From: Candidatus Nanopelagicales bacterium | Lineage (GTDB): Bacteria; Actinomycetota; Actinomycetes; S36-B12 | NCBI GenBank assembly: GCA_023263845.1 | Contig: JALQUH010000049.1 | Location: 1-50,516, forward strand | DNA: 50,516 bases | Direction of reading: 5' to 3' | Part shown: positions 42,744-50,516 of the stretch, in pieces | Layout: every line of letters begins with the position of its first letter | How positions within the stretch are numbered: position 1 is the first letter of the stretch | Notes under the pieces: generated by a model | What the model was told of the DNA's origin: nothing | What the model saw: the letters and a program-made list of their open reading frames with translations, nothing else | Databases searched by the model: none | Position numbers and translations under genes: made by a program

Positions 42744-44506
42744 TCTGCACTCCCTTGTAGGTCGATAGCGGTGATGGACTGCGCAGGAAGTTCAACGGTG
42801 GCTTCGATGATGCCGGTCAGTTGCACCTGTCGCGAGTCGGCAGCGAGGTTGATGAGCCAGGCACGGGCGCCCTCGGGGCCGCGCGTCACGAGGGCATCGG
42901 CAACCTCGGGCTGGTCGGAGAACGTGGCGAGGACCTCGGTCTGATCGGCCAATCCGGCGAGGAGGCGATAGACCGGGAACTTCTCGCCCGGGCTTGACCC
43001 GAAAGTGTCGGGGTCGGGCGCCCCGACATCGCGCTCCCGTAGACCACGCCACCCCAGGGCCTCGAAGAAGGTCGCGGCAGCCACGGATCCCGCCATGGCC
43101 AGGCCACGCAGTGACAGCGCCGTCCAGGCAGCCGCCTGCCAGCCCCGCTGACGCGCATCGACCGAACTCGGCAGTGCGTCGTTGCTGACGTCAGCCTCAG
43201 GGTCGGTCGAATTGGGATTGAAGCGAGGGCGCAATGTGATCGGCCCCACCGCAAGGCGTGCGTGACCGGCGAGCGCTGCCGCCGCCTCGGCAACCACCTC
43301 CTGGGTGGCGGTGTTCTGCATGATGGTGCGGTCATCGAAGGCGTGTACCTGCGGGTTCATGCTGAAGGTCAGCCAGCTGAGGTCGCTCGTGTCGGCTGGC
43401 TCGCGATTGAGCTCGGTGAAGTACAGGTCCGTTCCCGTCGCCCAGGGCAGGTCTGGACCGAGTTCGAAGCGCGCGGCATCAAGGGAGGCGCGTGAGGTGA
43501 CCTTTTCGTCGCTGCGAAGGACCATCCACGAGTCGACCAGGGGCGCTATCTCACGGCCGGCATCATGCAGTCGCGCGTAGTCATTCGGCGCCGCATCACG
43601 TAGCCGCACACGCAGGCGGGTGTCGAGGTGTGAGGCGAGCAGGGCGGCCTCGCGCAACTGCTGTTCGGAATTCGGTTCGCCAGCGTTGATGGTGACCATG
43701 AGGTGTCCGAGCCCCAGCGCCCTAATTGCCTCGATCTCGGCATCCGTCCATGGCGTGTCGGTCAGTTGCGTCCCGATCTCCGGCAGAGGAGCAGCGTCCT
43801 CCGCGACCGTGATGGTGACGAGTTCGGAGGGTGCTTGAGACGGGGGAGCGGTGCCGTCCAGGGTCATGGTCACGGACTGCTCAATGACGTCACCGGGGGC
43901 GACGGTGACCGGGAAGGGCAAAGAGATGGGTGTGCAGTAGGTCTTGTAGGACGCGTCGGTCCAGTTGCGGTGGTCCTCGGACTCGAAGATGTCACCGCTG
44001 AATTCCAGCCGTGCGGTGGATTCCTCGGTCACGGGAAACTCCATCGACGCTATGTCGAGGAACGGCTGGTGCGGGGAAATCGCCTGGGGAAAGACGGTCA
44101 GGTGTCGTTGGCCGGCCGGTGAGGTGATCGTGCAGGGCCGGCCGGCGAAGTCCACCATCGGGTGCAGCACGCACAACCCGAGGCGGTTGCGCAGGAAAGG
44201 TGCGGTCGTCGTTCCGCGCATGGCGTACCGGATGGTGCCGTCGGCCCCTCCGGTGATGTCGCCGGTCCAGGCGAACGGGGAGGCATCGACGGTCCCGCGC
44301 GCGGTGAATGTGATCCGGAAGGAATCCGCGGTCGCCTCGATTGCCTCGTCCTCGATCACCCAGGGCCGCGCCGTCCAGTTCCGATCCTGGAAGACGACGT
44401 AGATGCGGCGCACGATCTCGAGGTCGCTGACGGTGATGCCGCGCAGATCTGCGTTGTCATATTCCAGGCGGACCGGTCCGGCCTGCAGTGCCGTGACGGT
44501 GTTCAG
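42740..44506 (-). CDS. Uncharacterised protein of about 588 aa with no family recognisable by eye
   Basis: It is a long ORF with high GC3, sandwiched in a coupled operon. No ATG or GTG lies near the upstream stop. CTG 44506-44504 overlaps the Gfo-family stop (44505-44503) as CTGA, so a coupled CTG start is proposed. The start is uncertain, and the track ORF extends to 44740 over the upstream gene. Confidence 0.6.
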   Translation of the reverse strand: MNTVTALQAGPVRLEYDNADLRGITVSDLEIVRRIYVVFQDRNWTARPWVIEDEAIEATADSFRITFTARGTVDASPFAWTGDITGGADGTIRYAMRGTTTAPFLRNRLGLCVLHPMVDFAGRPCTITSPAGQRHLTVFPQAISPHQPFLDIASMEFPVTEESTARLEFSGDIFESEDHRNWTDASYKTYCTPISLPFPVTVAPGDVIEQSVTMTLDGTAPPSQAPSELVTITVAEDAAPLPEIGTQLTDTPWTDAEIEAIRALGLGHLMVTINAGEPNSEQQLREAALLASHLDTRLRVRLRDAAPNDYARLHDAGREIAPLVDSWMVLRSDEKVTSRASLDAARFELGPDLPWATGTDLYFTELNREPADTSDLSWLTFSMNPQVHAFDDRTIMQNTATQEVVAEAAAALAGHARLAVGPITLRPRFNPNSTDPEADVSNDALPSSVDARQRGWQAAAWTALSLRGLAMAGSVAAATFFEALGWRGLRERDVGAPDPDTFGSSPGEKFPVYRLLAGLADQTEVLATFSDQPEVADALVTRGPEGARAWLINLAADSRQVQLTGIIEATVELPAQSITAIDLQGSAE

Positions 44507-45531
44507 AATGAGCTCCCGACTCGATAGGGCAGCCCGGTCTCGAGGGACTCGTACGCGCCCAGGGTGATGTCGAGAAGTCGCAGGGTGTCTGCACCGGACG
44601 TCTCGGGCGTGCGCCCTGTATCGAGGCACTCGATCCAGTGTCGCTGCACACCCGACACACTGTCCTGGATGCCGTTCCACGGTTCCGATGTCCACGTGTG
44701 ATCGGGAATCTTCAGGGTCTCCTCGGTGACCTCGCCGCACGAGACCACCTGCAGCCGGTAGTCCGGGCCGAGGTGGATGACACCTTCGGTGCCCTCGATC
44801 GTGACAAAGGTCTGGGGGTAGGTGGAATGGTCCGATCGCGTCTCGTAGCTCGCGTCTACGATCACCGTCGCGTCGTCCATCTTCATGAGAATCGTCGCCA
44901 CATCTTCGCCGCGGATACGCGGATTGACGCGCAACGCCTCGGTGTAGAGAGATCGTGGCTCACCGATGAAGAAGCGTGCGAGATCAAAGAGGTGCACCGC
45001 CACATCGACGATGATCATGCGTTCGCTGTCGACGAGCCAGGGCTGATTGGAGTAGCAGTCGTAGTCGGTACGGAAACTCATGCGACCGAAGAACGGCCGA
45101 CCGATTGCACCGCTGTCGAGGGTCTCCTTGATCCGGCGCATCGGGTACTGGAATCGGAAGTTCTCGTGCACCATGAAGGGCAGATTCTTCGCTTCCATCG
45201 CGTCGACCATCGCCTTGGCGTCTGCCATTTCCCAGGCCAGCGGCTTTTGGCACAGGGCTGCCACGCCGTACTCCGCAGCGAGTTCCACCATCATTCGATG
45301 CGTCGGAGGAGTCGTGGCGATATCGATGAAGTCGACGTCCTCGTTCTGCAACAGTTCGCGCGCATCGGTATACGGCGTGCCACCAAACTGCGCGGCGGCC
45401 GCGGCCAAGCGTTCCTCGTCGACATCGCACACGGCGACGAGTTCAACCTCGGGCATTTCTGCCCAGGCATGCAGATGATTCTGCGCGAAGAATCCGGTCC
45501 CGATGAGGGCGTACCGGTAGCGGGCGCTCAT
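44503..45531 (-). CDS. Gfo/Idh/MocA-family NAD(P)-dependent oxidoreductase
   Basis: Start at ATG 45531 ([23 protein letters not shown]), overlapping the rhodanese stop as ATGA. It has an N-terminal Rossmann GxGxxA and a CQKPLA motif (a variant of EKP). Confidence 0.85.
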   Translation of the reverse strand: MSARYRYALIGTGFFAQNHLHAWAEMPEVELVAVCDVDEERLAAAAAQFGGTPYTDARELLQNEDVDFIDIATTPPTHRMMVELAAEYGVAALCQKPLAWEMADAKAMVDAMEAKNLPFMVHENFRFQYPMRRIKETLDSGAIGRPFFGRMSFRTDYDCYSNQPWLVDSERMIIVDVAVHLFDLARFFIGEPRSLYTEALRVNPRIRGEDVATILMKMDDATVIVDASYETRSDHSTYPQTFVTIEGTEGVIHLGPDYRLQVVSCGEVTEETLKIPDHTWTSEPWNGIQDSVSGVQRHWIECLDTGRTPETSGADTLRLLDITLGAYESLETGLPYRVGSSF

Positions 45532-46376
45532 AACTCGACCGGCCTCGAAGGGTCGGTGATCCACTCGCTCCAGGACCCGACATACATCCGGGAGCCAGGG
45601 AGGCCCGCGACAGTCATCGCGAGTACATTTTGTGCTGCGGTGATGCCGGAGCCGCAATAGAAGATGATGTCCTCAGGGGACTGGTCGCCGATCAATTCGA
45701 CATAGTGCTCGCGCAACTCCGCCGGCGAGCGGTAGTGCTTGTTGTCGGTGAGGGTGTGGGCGCGATCGGCCAGGCCTGCGCCGGCGATGTGGCCGCGCAC
45801 GGGATCGTGATACACCCCGCCGCCGTGATAGCCCTCTGCCCCCCGGGAGTCGAAGACGCAGGTGAGCGGGCCTTGCCGGGCCGCATCAACCTCGTCTACG
45901 TCGGCGAGGAGATGCGGGCGCAGCCGTGGCGTGAAGGTGCGGGGAGTGGGAGTCGGAACGGCGGACTCGACAGGCCCCTCCGCGGCAAGCCAGGCCTGCC
46001 AGCCGCCGTCGAGGACGGCGACGCGGTCGTGCCCCATCCAACGCAGCATCACCCAGATACGCGCAGCGGACATGAGCCCGCCGTCAGCGTCGTACGTGAC
46101 GACCTGGGTCGAGTCATCGATTCCCCAGGCGCTGAGCGTCGCGGCAAAATCCGCTGGGTCGGGGAAGGGCCTTCGACCGGTGACACCGGTGATGATCGGC
46201 CCCGCCAGGTCGTCCGCGGTATCCGCCTGATGCGCCCCGGGGATGTGTCCTTCGGCGTACACCGCTTTGCCCCACTGCTCATCGTCCAGGGTGAACCGTG
46301 CGTCGAGGATCACCATGTGGGGATCGTCGAGGTGTTCACGCAGCTCATTGGCGGTGATGAGAGTGGTGAAGTCCAT
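45528..46376 (-). CDS. Two-domain rhodanese sulfurtransferase, 3-mercaptopyruvate-sulfurtransferase type active site (CGSGIT)
   Basis: 282 aa with tandem rhodanese domains. The active-site loop is [10 protein letters not shown]. The CG(S/T)G(V/I)T loop is the MST-type motif, as opposed to CRxGx(R/T) in thiosulfate sulfurtransferases. Confidence 0.85.
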   Translation of the reverse strand: MDFTTLITANELREHLDDPHMVILDARFTLDDEQWGKAVYAEGHIPGAHQADTADDLAGPIITGVTGRRPFPDPADFAATLSAWGIDDSTQVVTYDADGGLMSAARIWVMLRWMGHDRVAVLDGGWQAWLAAEGPVESAVPTPTPRTFTPRLRPHLLADVDEVDAARQGPLTCVFDSRGAEGYHGGGVYHDPVRGHIAGAGLADRAHTLTDNKHYRSPAELREHYVELIGDQSPEDIIFYCGSGITAAQNVLAMTVAGLPGSRMYVGSWSEWITDPSRPVEL

Positions 46377-46424
46377 TCGCTGCTCCTTCGGCCCTGTCCC
46401 CGTGTTGATCCTATTGTTGTCGCC

Positions 46425-48125
46425 ATGACGTCGTCCGGCACTTCGCTGACCCCCCGCAGTTCCCTTGCCACCCAGGGCCGAGATCGCTCACCTAATCGCG
46501 GCATGTTGCGCGCGCTGGGTATGGGCGACGAGGACTTCGCCAAGCCCCAGATCGGAATCGCCTCCTCGTTCAACCAGATCACGCCCTGCAACATGTCTTT
46601 GCGTGACGTGGCGAGCGAGGTGGCCAACGGAGTGCGCGCGGGCGGCGGGTTCCCCATGGAGTTCGGCACGATCACCGTCTCCGACGTGATTTCCATGGGG
46701 CACGAGGGCATGCACTTCTCACTCGTGAGCCGTGAGGTCATCGCGGACTCGGTTGAGACAGTGATGCAGGCCGAGCGACTCGATGGCATGGTTACCCTCG
46801 CGGGGTGTGACAAGTCCATTCCGGCGATGATGATGGCCGCGGCTCGCCTCGACGTGGCCAGTGTCCTTCTCTACGCCGGGTCGCTGCTGCCGGGCAAGGT
46901 CCGCCTGTCCGATGGCCAGGAGCACACCGTCAATATCGTGACGTCATTCGAAGCGGTGGGAGCCAATGCGCGTGGCCTGATGTCCGATGAGGATCTCGAT
47001 CGGATCGAGCGGGCGGTGTGCCCAACCGCGGGGACATGTGGCGGCATGTACACCGCGAACACCATGGCGAGCGCCGCCGAGGCCATGGGCATGGCGCTGC
47101 CCGGCTCGTCCTCGCCACCCGCGGTGGACGCCCGACGCGAAGTCCTCGCTCGCGACTCTGGCCGGGCCGTGATCGAGATGATCCGTCAGGGGATCACCGC
47201 GCGCGACATCATCACGCGGCAGTCGATCGAAAACGCGATTACCGTGGTTATGGCGCTTGGTGGCTCGACGAACTCCGTCCTGCATCTCCCGGCCATCGCG
47301 CACGAGGCCGGATTCGAACTCGATCTCGACGACTTTCAGCGGATCAGCGAGCGGACGCCACTTCTCGCCGATCTCAAGCCCTTCGGCGAGTACGTCATGT
47401 TCGACCTCGACCGGGTCGGCGGAGTGCCGGTCGTCATGAAGGTGCTTCTCGACGAGGGCTTGCTGCACGGCGACTGCCTGACCGTGACTGGTCGCACGCT
47501 GGCAGACAATCTCGCGGCGATCGACCCACCGGCTCCGGACGGCCACGTGGTGCGGCCGGTCGATCTCCCCCTCGACTCGACGGGAGGGATTACGATTCTT
47601 TCCGGCTCGCTAGCGCCTGAGGGCGCTGTGGTGAAGACGGCCGGCGTACCGGTGCAGGTGTTCGAGGGCACCGCGCGCGTCTTCGACCGCGAGGAGGCGG
47701 CAATGGCGGCCCTGGCCGATGACACCATCCAGGCTGGGGACGTCGTCATCGTCCGCTACGAGGGGCCCAGGGGCGGACCGGGGATGCGCGAGATGCTCGC
47801 CATCACCGGGGCCATCAAGGGTGCCGGACTGGGTAAGGAGACCCTGCTCATCACCGACGGGCGCTTCTCGGGGGGCAGTACGGGGCTCTGCGTCGGCCAC
47901 GTGTCACCCGAGGCCACCGATGGCGGCCCGATCGGGCTCGTGCGCGACGGGGATCGGATCCGCATCGACATCGGGGCCCGGACCCTGGACCTGCTGGTGG
48001 ACGAGGAGGAGCTGGTCCGTCGTCGGGCCGAGTTCGTGCCGCTGCCACCGCGGTATGACCGGGGAGTCCTGGCCAAGTACGCCCGCCTCGTGGGCTCGGC
48101 GAGTCGCGGCGCCGTCTGTGACTAG
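46425..48125 (+). CDS. ilvD: Dihydroxy-acid dehydratase, IlvD/Edd family (copy 2, directly upstream of the ilvB leader)
   Basis: Start at ATG 46425 ([32 protein letters not shown]). It carries the same motif set as copy 1, but [11 protein letters not shown] replaces [11 protein letters not shown]. The first 265 codons of the 831-aa track ORF are antisense of the rhodanese gene. Confidence 0.9.
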   Translation: MTSSGTSLTPRSSLATQGRDRSPNRGMLRALGMGDEDFAKPQIGIASSFNQITPCNMSLRDVASEVANGVRAGGGFPMEFGTITVSDVISMGHEGMHFSLVSREVIADSVETVMQAERLDGMVTLAGCDKSIPAMMMAAARLDVASVLLYAGSLLPGKVRLSDGQEHTVNIVTSFEAVGANARGLMSDEDLDRIERAVCPTAGTCGGMYTANTMASAAEAMGMALPGSSSPPAVDARREVLARDSGRAVIEMIRQGITARDIITRQSIENAITVVMALGGSTNSVLHLPAIAHEAGFELDLDDFQRISERTPLLADLKPFGEYVMFDLDRVGGVPVVMKVLLDEGLLHGDCLTVTGRTLADNLAAIDPPAPDGHVVRPVDLPLDSTGGITILSGSLAPEGAVVKTAGVPVQVFEGTARVFDREEAAMAALADDTIQAGDVVIVRYEGPRGGPGMREMLAITGAIKGAGLGKETLLITDGRFSGGSTGLCVGHVSPEATDGGPIGLVRDGDRIRIDIGARTLDLLVDEEELVRRRAEFVPLPPRYDRGVLAKYARLVGSASRGAVCD

Positions 48126-48239
48126 AACGGCACCCGAATCCGACACCCTGTGTCGCGTTTCCAGGGGCAGACGGAGCGAAAGAGACCTTTGGTGCACCGG
48201 GGGTAGCGCGGGCACCCAGGACGGTCTACCCTCGTCCCT

Positions 48240-48278
48240 ATGCGGCAGATTCTCGTAGTAGGCAGGCGCGCGGGCTAA
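48240..48278 (+). promoter_or_regulatory. Candidate ilvB attenuator leader peptide MRQILVVGRRAG
   Basis: The ORF reads ATG CGG CAG ATT CTC GTA GTA GGC AGG CGC GCG GGC TAA, 124 nt upstream of ilvB. Four consecutive branched-chain codons use A/T-ending codons (ATT, GTA, GTA) that are rare in this GC-rich context. No clear SD is visible. Confidence 0.55.
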
Positions 48279-48311
48279 CCCGACACCTGTCGCCACGGCG
48301 ACCCGCGCGCA

Positions 48312-48347
48312 CCCTCCGAGCCCCACAGGGCCGGGGGGTTTCGTGTT
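48312..48347 (+). terminator. Possible attenuator terminator: C-rich (CCCTCC) and G-rich (GGGGGG) arms followed by TTTCGTGTT
   Basis: Read by eye in the ilvB leader. It is preceded by a 9-bp GC stem, GCGCGCGGG (48266-48274) paired with CCCGCGCGC (48302-48310), whose left arm lies within the last leader codons. Not folded computationally. Confidence 0.3.
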
Positions 48348-48401
48348 GAAGGGGCCCATAGGAGACCATGGTCCCCGCGAAAGAAGTGGAGTGAGGCAGC
48401 A

Positions 48402-50153
48402 ATGAGCACTAGTCCCGAGCAGATCACGGGCGCCCAGAGCCTGATCCGTTCCCTGGAGTACGCCCAGGTGGACGTGGTCTTCGGCATCCCCGGCGGCGCG
48501 ATCTTGCCTGCCTACGACCCACTCATGGACTCCACCCAGGTCCGCCACATCCTGGTCCGTCACGAGCAGGCCGCCGGCCACGCCGCCGAGGGCTACGCGG
48601 CTGCCACGGGTCGCGTCGGTGTCTGCATGGCGACCTCGGGTCCGGGGGCCACCAACCTGGTTACCCCGATCGCCGATGCCCACATGGACTCGGTGCCGAT
48701 GGTCGCCATCACCGGTCAGGTGCCGTCGTCGGCCATCGGGACCGACGCCTTCCAGGAGGCGGATATCCGCGGCATCACCATGCCCATCACCAAGCACAAC
48801 TACCTGGTGACCAACCCTGACGACATTCCGCGCGCGGTTGCCGAGGCCTTCCACGTCGCGTCCACCGGTCGACCCGGTCCGGTGCTGGTGGACGTCTCCA
48901 AGGATGCGCTCCAGGCGATGACGACGTTCAACTGGCCGACCGAGGTGTCGCTGCCGGGCTATCACCCCGTGACCAAGCCGCACAACAAGCAGATTCGCGA
49001 GGCGGCCCGGCTCATGCTCGAGTCCAAGCGGCCGGTGCTCTACGTTGGTGGCGGCGTCATTCGCGCCAATGCCTCCGGCGAACTCATGGAACTCGCTGAG
49101 CTCTCGGGTCTTCCCGTCGTCACCACGCTCATGGCGCGCGGCGCCTTCCCCGATAGCCACCCGCAGCACATGGGCATGCCGGGGATGCACGGCACCGTCG
49201 GCGCGGTGGGCGCCCTGCAGAAGGCTGACCTGCTGGTCACGCTTGGCGCCCGCTTCGACGACCGCGTCACGGGCAAGCTGTCGACGTTCGCCCCTGGTGC
49301 GACCGTGATCCACGCCGACATCGATCCGGCGGAGATTGGCAAGAACCGCCACGCGGATGTGCCCATCGTTGGCGACGTCGGCGTGGTCATGGCCGAGCTC
49401 ACAGCTGCCTTGCGCGAGGAGATGGCGGCCGGTCGCCAGGGCGATTACGAGGCCTGGTGGGCGCAGCTCAACCGCTGGCGCAACACATACCCACTTGGGT
49501 ACGACCTACCCGACGACGGGAGCTTGTCGCCGCAGTACGTGATCGAGCGACTCGGTGCTCTGAGCGGTCCCGACGCGATCATGGCGGCTGGCGTCGGCCA
49601 GCACCAGATGTGGGGTGCGCAGTTCGTCAAGTACGAGAAGCCGCGCACCTGGCTCAATTCCGGCGGCCTGGGCACCATGGGCTTCGCCGTCCCCGCGGCG
49701 ATGGGGGCCAAGGTGGGTATGCCGGATTCGGTCGTGTGGGCGATCGACGGAGACGGCTGCTTCCAGATGACCAATCAGGAACTCGTCACCTGCGCGATCA
49801 ATGAGATACCGATCAAGGTGGCCCTGATCAACAACTCCAGTCTCGGCATGGTCCGCCAGTGGCAGACGCTCTTCTACAACGAGCGCTACTCGCAGACTGA
49901 CCTGCACAGCCACCGCATCCCTGACTTCGTGAAGTTGGCAGACGCCTACGGCTGCCACGGCCTGCGCTGTGAGACACCCGAGGAGGTCGACTCCGTCATC
50001 GAGAAGGCCCTGTCGATCAATGATGCGCCCGTCGTCATCGACTTCGTCGTGCACCGCGACGCTATGGTCTGGCCGATGGTCGCGGCGGGCACGAGCAACG
50101 ACGACATCATGGTGGCGCGCGAGATGGCGCCCTCCTGGGACACGGAGGAATGA
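48402..50153 (+). CDS. ilvB: Acetolactate synthase (acetohydroxy-acid synthase) large subunit
   Basis: 583 aa with ThDP-enzyme motifs ([53 protein letters not shown]). Confidence 0.95.
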   Translation: MSTSPEQITGAQSLIRSLEYAQVDVVFGIPGGAILPAYDPLMDSTQVRHILVRHEQAAGHAAEGYAAATGRVGVCMATSGPGATNLVTPIADAHMDSVPMVAITGQVPSSAIGTDAFQEADIRGITMPITKHNYLVTNPDDIPRAVAEAFHVASTGRPGPVLVDVSKDALQAMTTFNWPTEVSLPGYHPVTKPHNKQIREAARLMLESKRPVLYVGGGVIRANASGELMELAELSGLPVVTTLMARGAFPDSHPQHMGMPGMHGTVGAVGALQKADLLVTLGARFDDRVTGKLSTFAPGATVIHADIDPAEIGKNRHADVPIVGDVGVVMAELTAALREEMAAGRQGDYEAWWAQLNRWRNTYPLGYDLPDDGSLSPQYVIERLGALSGPDAIMAAGVGQHQMWGAQFVKYEKPRTWLNSGGLGTMGFAVPAAMGAKVGMPDSVVWAIDGDGCFQMTNQELVTCAINEIPIKVALINNSSLGMVRQWQTLFYNERYSQTDLHSHRIPDFVKLADAYGCHGLRCETPEEVDSVIEKALSINDAPVVIDFVVHRDAMVWPMVAAGTSNDDIMVAREMAPSWDTEE

Positions 50154-50154
50154 C

Positions 50155-50516
50155 ATGAGCCGCCACACCCTGTCCGTCCTCGTCGAGGACAAGCCGGGCG
50201 TCCTCGCCCGAGTCGCGAGCCTCTTCTCGCGACGCGGCTTCAATATCGAGTCCCTCGCCGTCGGCCCGACCGAGGTCCCCGAGGTCTCGCGCATGACGAT
50301 CGTCGTCAGTGTCGAGGGCCTGCCGCTCGAGCAGGTCACCAAGCAACTCAACAAGCTCGTCAACGTCCTCAAGATCGTCGAGCTCGAGGAGGACACCTCG
50401 GTTCAGCGCGCGATCGCGCTGGTCAAGGTCAAGGCCGACGCGGGACAGCGCTCGAGCATCCTGGAGGTCGTCCAGCTCTTCCGCGCCAAGGTCGTGGACG
50501 TCGCCCTCGACGCTGT
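50155..50516 (+). CDS. ilvN: Acetolactate synthase small (regulatory) subunit, 3'-truncated by the window edge
   Basis: ATG 50155 lies 1 nt after the ilvB stop. The translation MSRHTLSVLVEDKPGVLARVASLFSRRGFNIESLAVGPTE is the canonical ACT-domain N-terminus. It is not in the track because no stop falls within the window. Confidence 0.9.
   Translation, partial: MSRHTLSVLVEDKPGVLARVASLFSRRGFNIESLAVGPTEVPEVSRMTIVVSVEGLPLEQVTKQLNKLVNVLKIVELEEDTSVQRAIALVKVKADAGQRSSILEVVQLFRAKVVDVALDA

Noticed and set aside
45630-46424. The N-terminal 265 codons of the 831-aa plus-strand ORF, which would make a giant IlvD fusion.
   Set aside because: This part is antisense to the rhodanese gene and has no IlvD similarity. 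The IlvD homology, and the alignment with copy 1, begin just after ATG 46425.
39362-48125. The ilvD direct repeats as ends of a mobile element or genomic island.
   Set aside because: There is no integrase, transposase, tRNA attachment site or short terminal inverted repeats. The repeats are full-length, diverged functional genes rather than IS ends.
47904-49352. A 482-aa minus-strand ORF spanning the end of ilvD copy 2, the ilvB leader and the start of ilvB.
   Set aside because: It crosses a non-coding leader region and is antisense to two well-supported genes. It has no recognisable domain.

Overview
This is high-GC (about 67-70%) actinobacterial chromosomal DNA, densely packed with genes and mostly core metabolism. 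I saw no rRNA, tRNA, CRISPR array, transposase or integrase. Many neighbouring genes share 4-nt start/stop overlaps (ATGA or GTGA), which points to long, translationally coupled operons. High-GC antisense 'shadow' ORFs are abundant in the track and were discarded.

Gene content from left to right:
1. A tandem-unit 3-hydroxyacyl-CoA dehydrogenase whose 5' end collides with a minus-strand coding fragment at about nt 135.
2. A four-gene coupled module: small Zn-ribbon-like protein, alpha/beta hydrolase, SDR, alpha/beta hydrolase.
3. An acyltransferase-3/SGNH membrane O-acyltransferase.
4. Ethylmalonyl-CoA/methylmalonyl-CoA genes: ccr, mce, thiolase and meaB, followed by a thioredoxin-TPR protein.
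5. The alpha-glucan set glgB, glgE, glgP and glgX.
6. A cluster that, from my memory of the M. tuberculosis map, matches the Rv3030-Rv3039c methylglucose-lipopolysaccharide region: echA, methyltransferase, acetyltransferase, GT4, GH57, methyltransferase.
7. etfBA, iscS, mnmA, a MetE-like protein, ligA and gatCAB.
8. An LppZ-like PQQ sugar dehydrogenase lipoprotein.
9. A roughly 8 kb block that breaks this synteny.
10. An ilvB leader region, ilvB and the start of ilvN.

The block in item 9 is the main lead. It holds a 2-hydroxyacid dehydrogenase, ilvD copy 1 co-transcribed with an FAH-family hydrolase, and a convergent coupled operon of rhodanese, Gfo/Idh/MocA oxidoreductase, an unrecognised 588-aa protein and an SDR. 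ilvD copy 2 follows it. Two ilvD paralogs therefore bracket an enzyme set that resembles a non-phosphorylative sugar-acid catabolic route, plus one uncharacterised protein.

Other leads:
- A 17-bp tandem repeat that contains the GH57 stop codon.
- A histone-tail-like Lys/Ala/Pro extension on GlgE.
- An ILVV leader peptide upstream of ilvB.
- A possible 31-aa membrane peptide coupled to mce.
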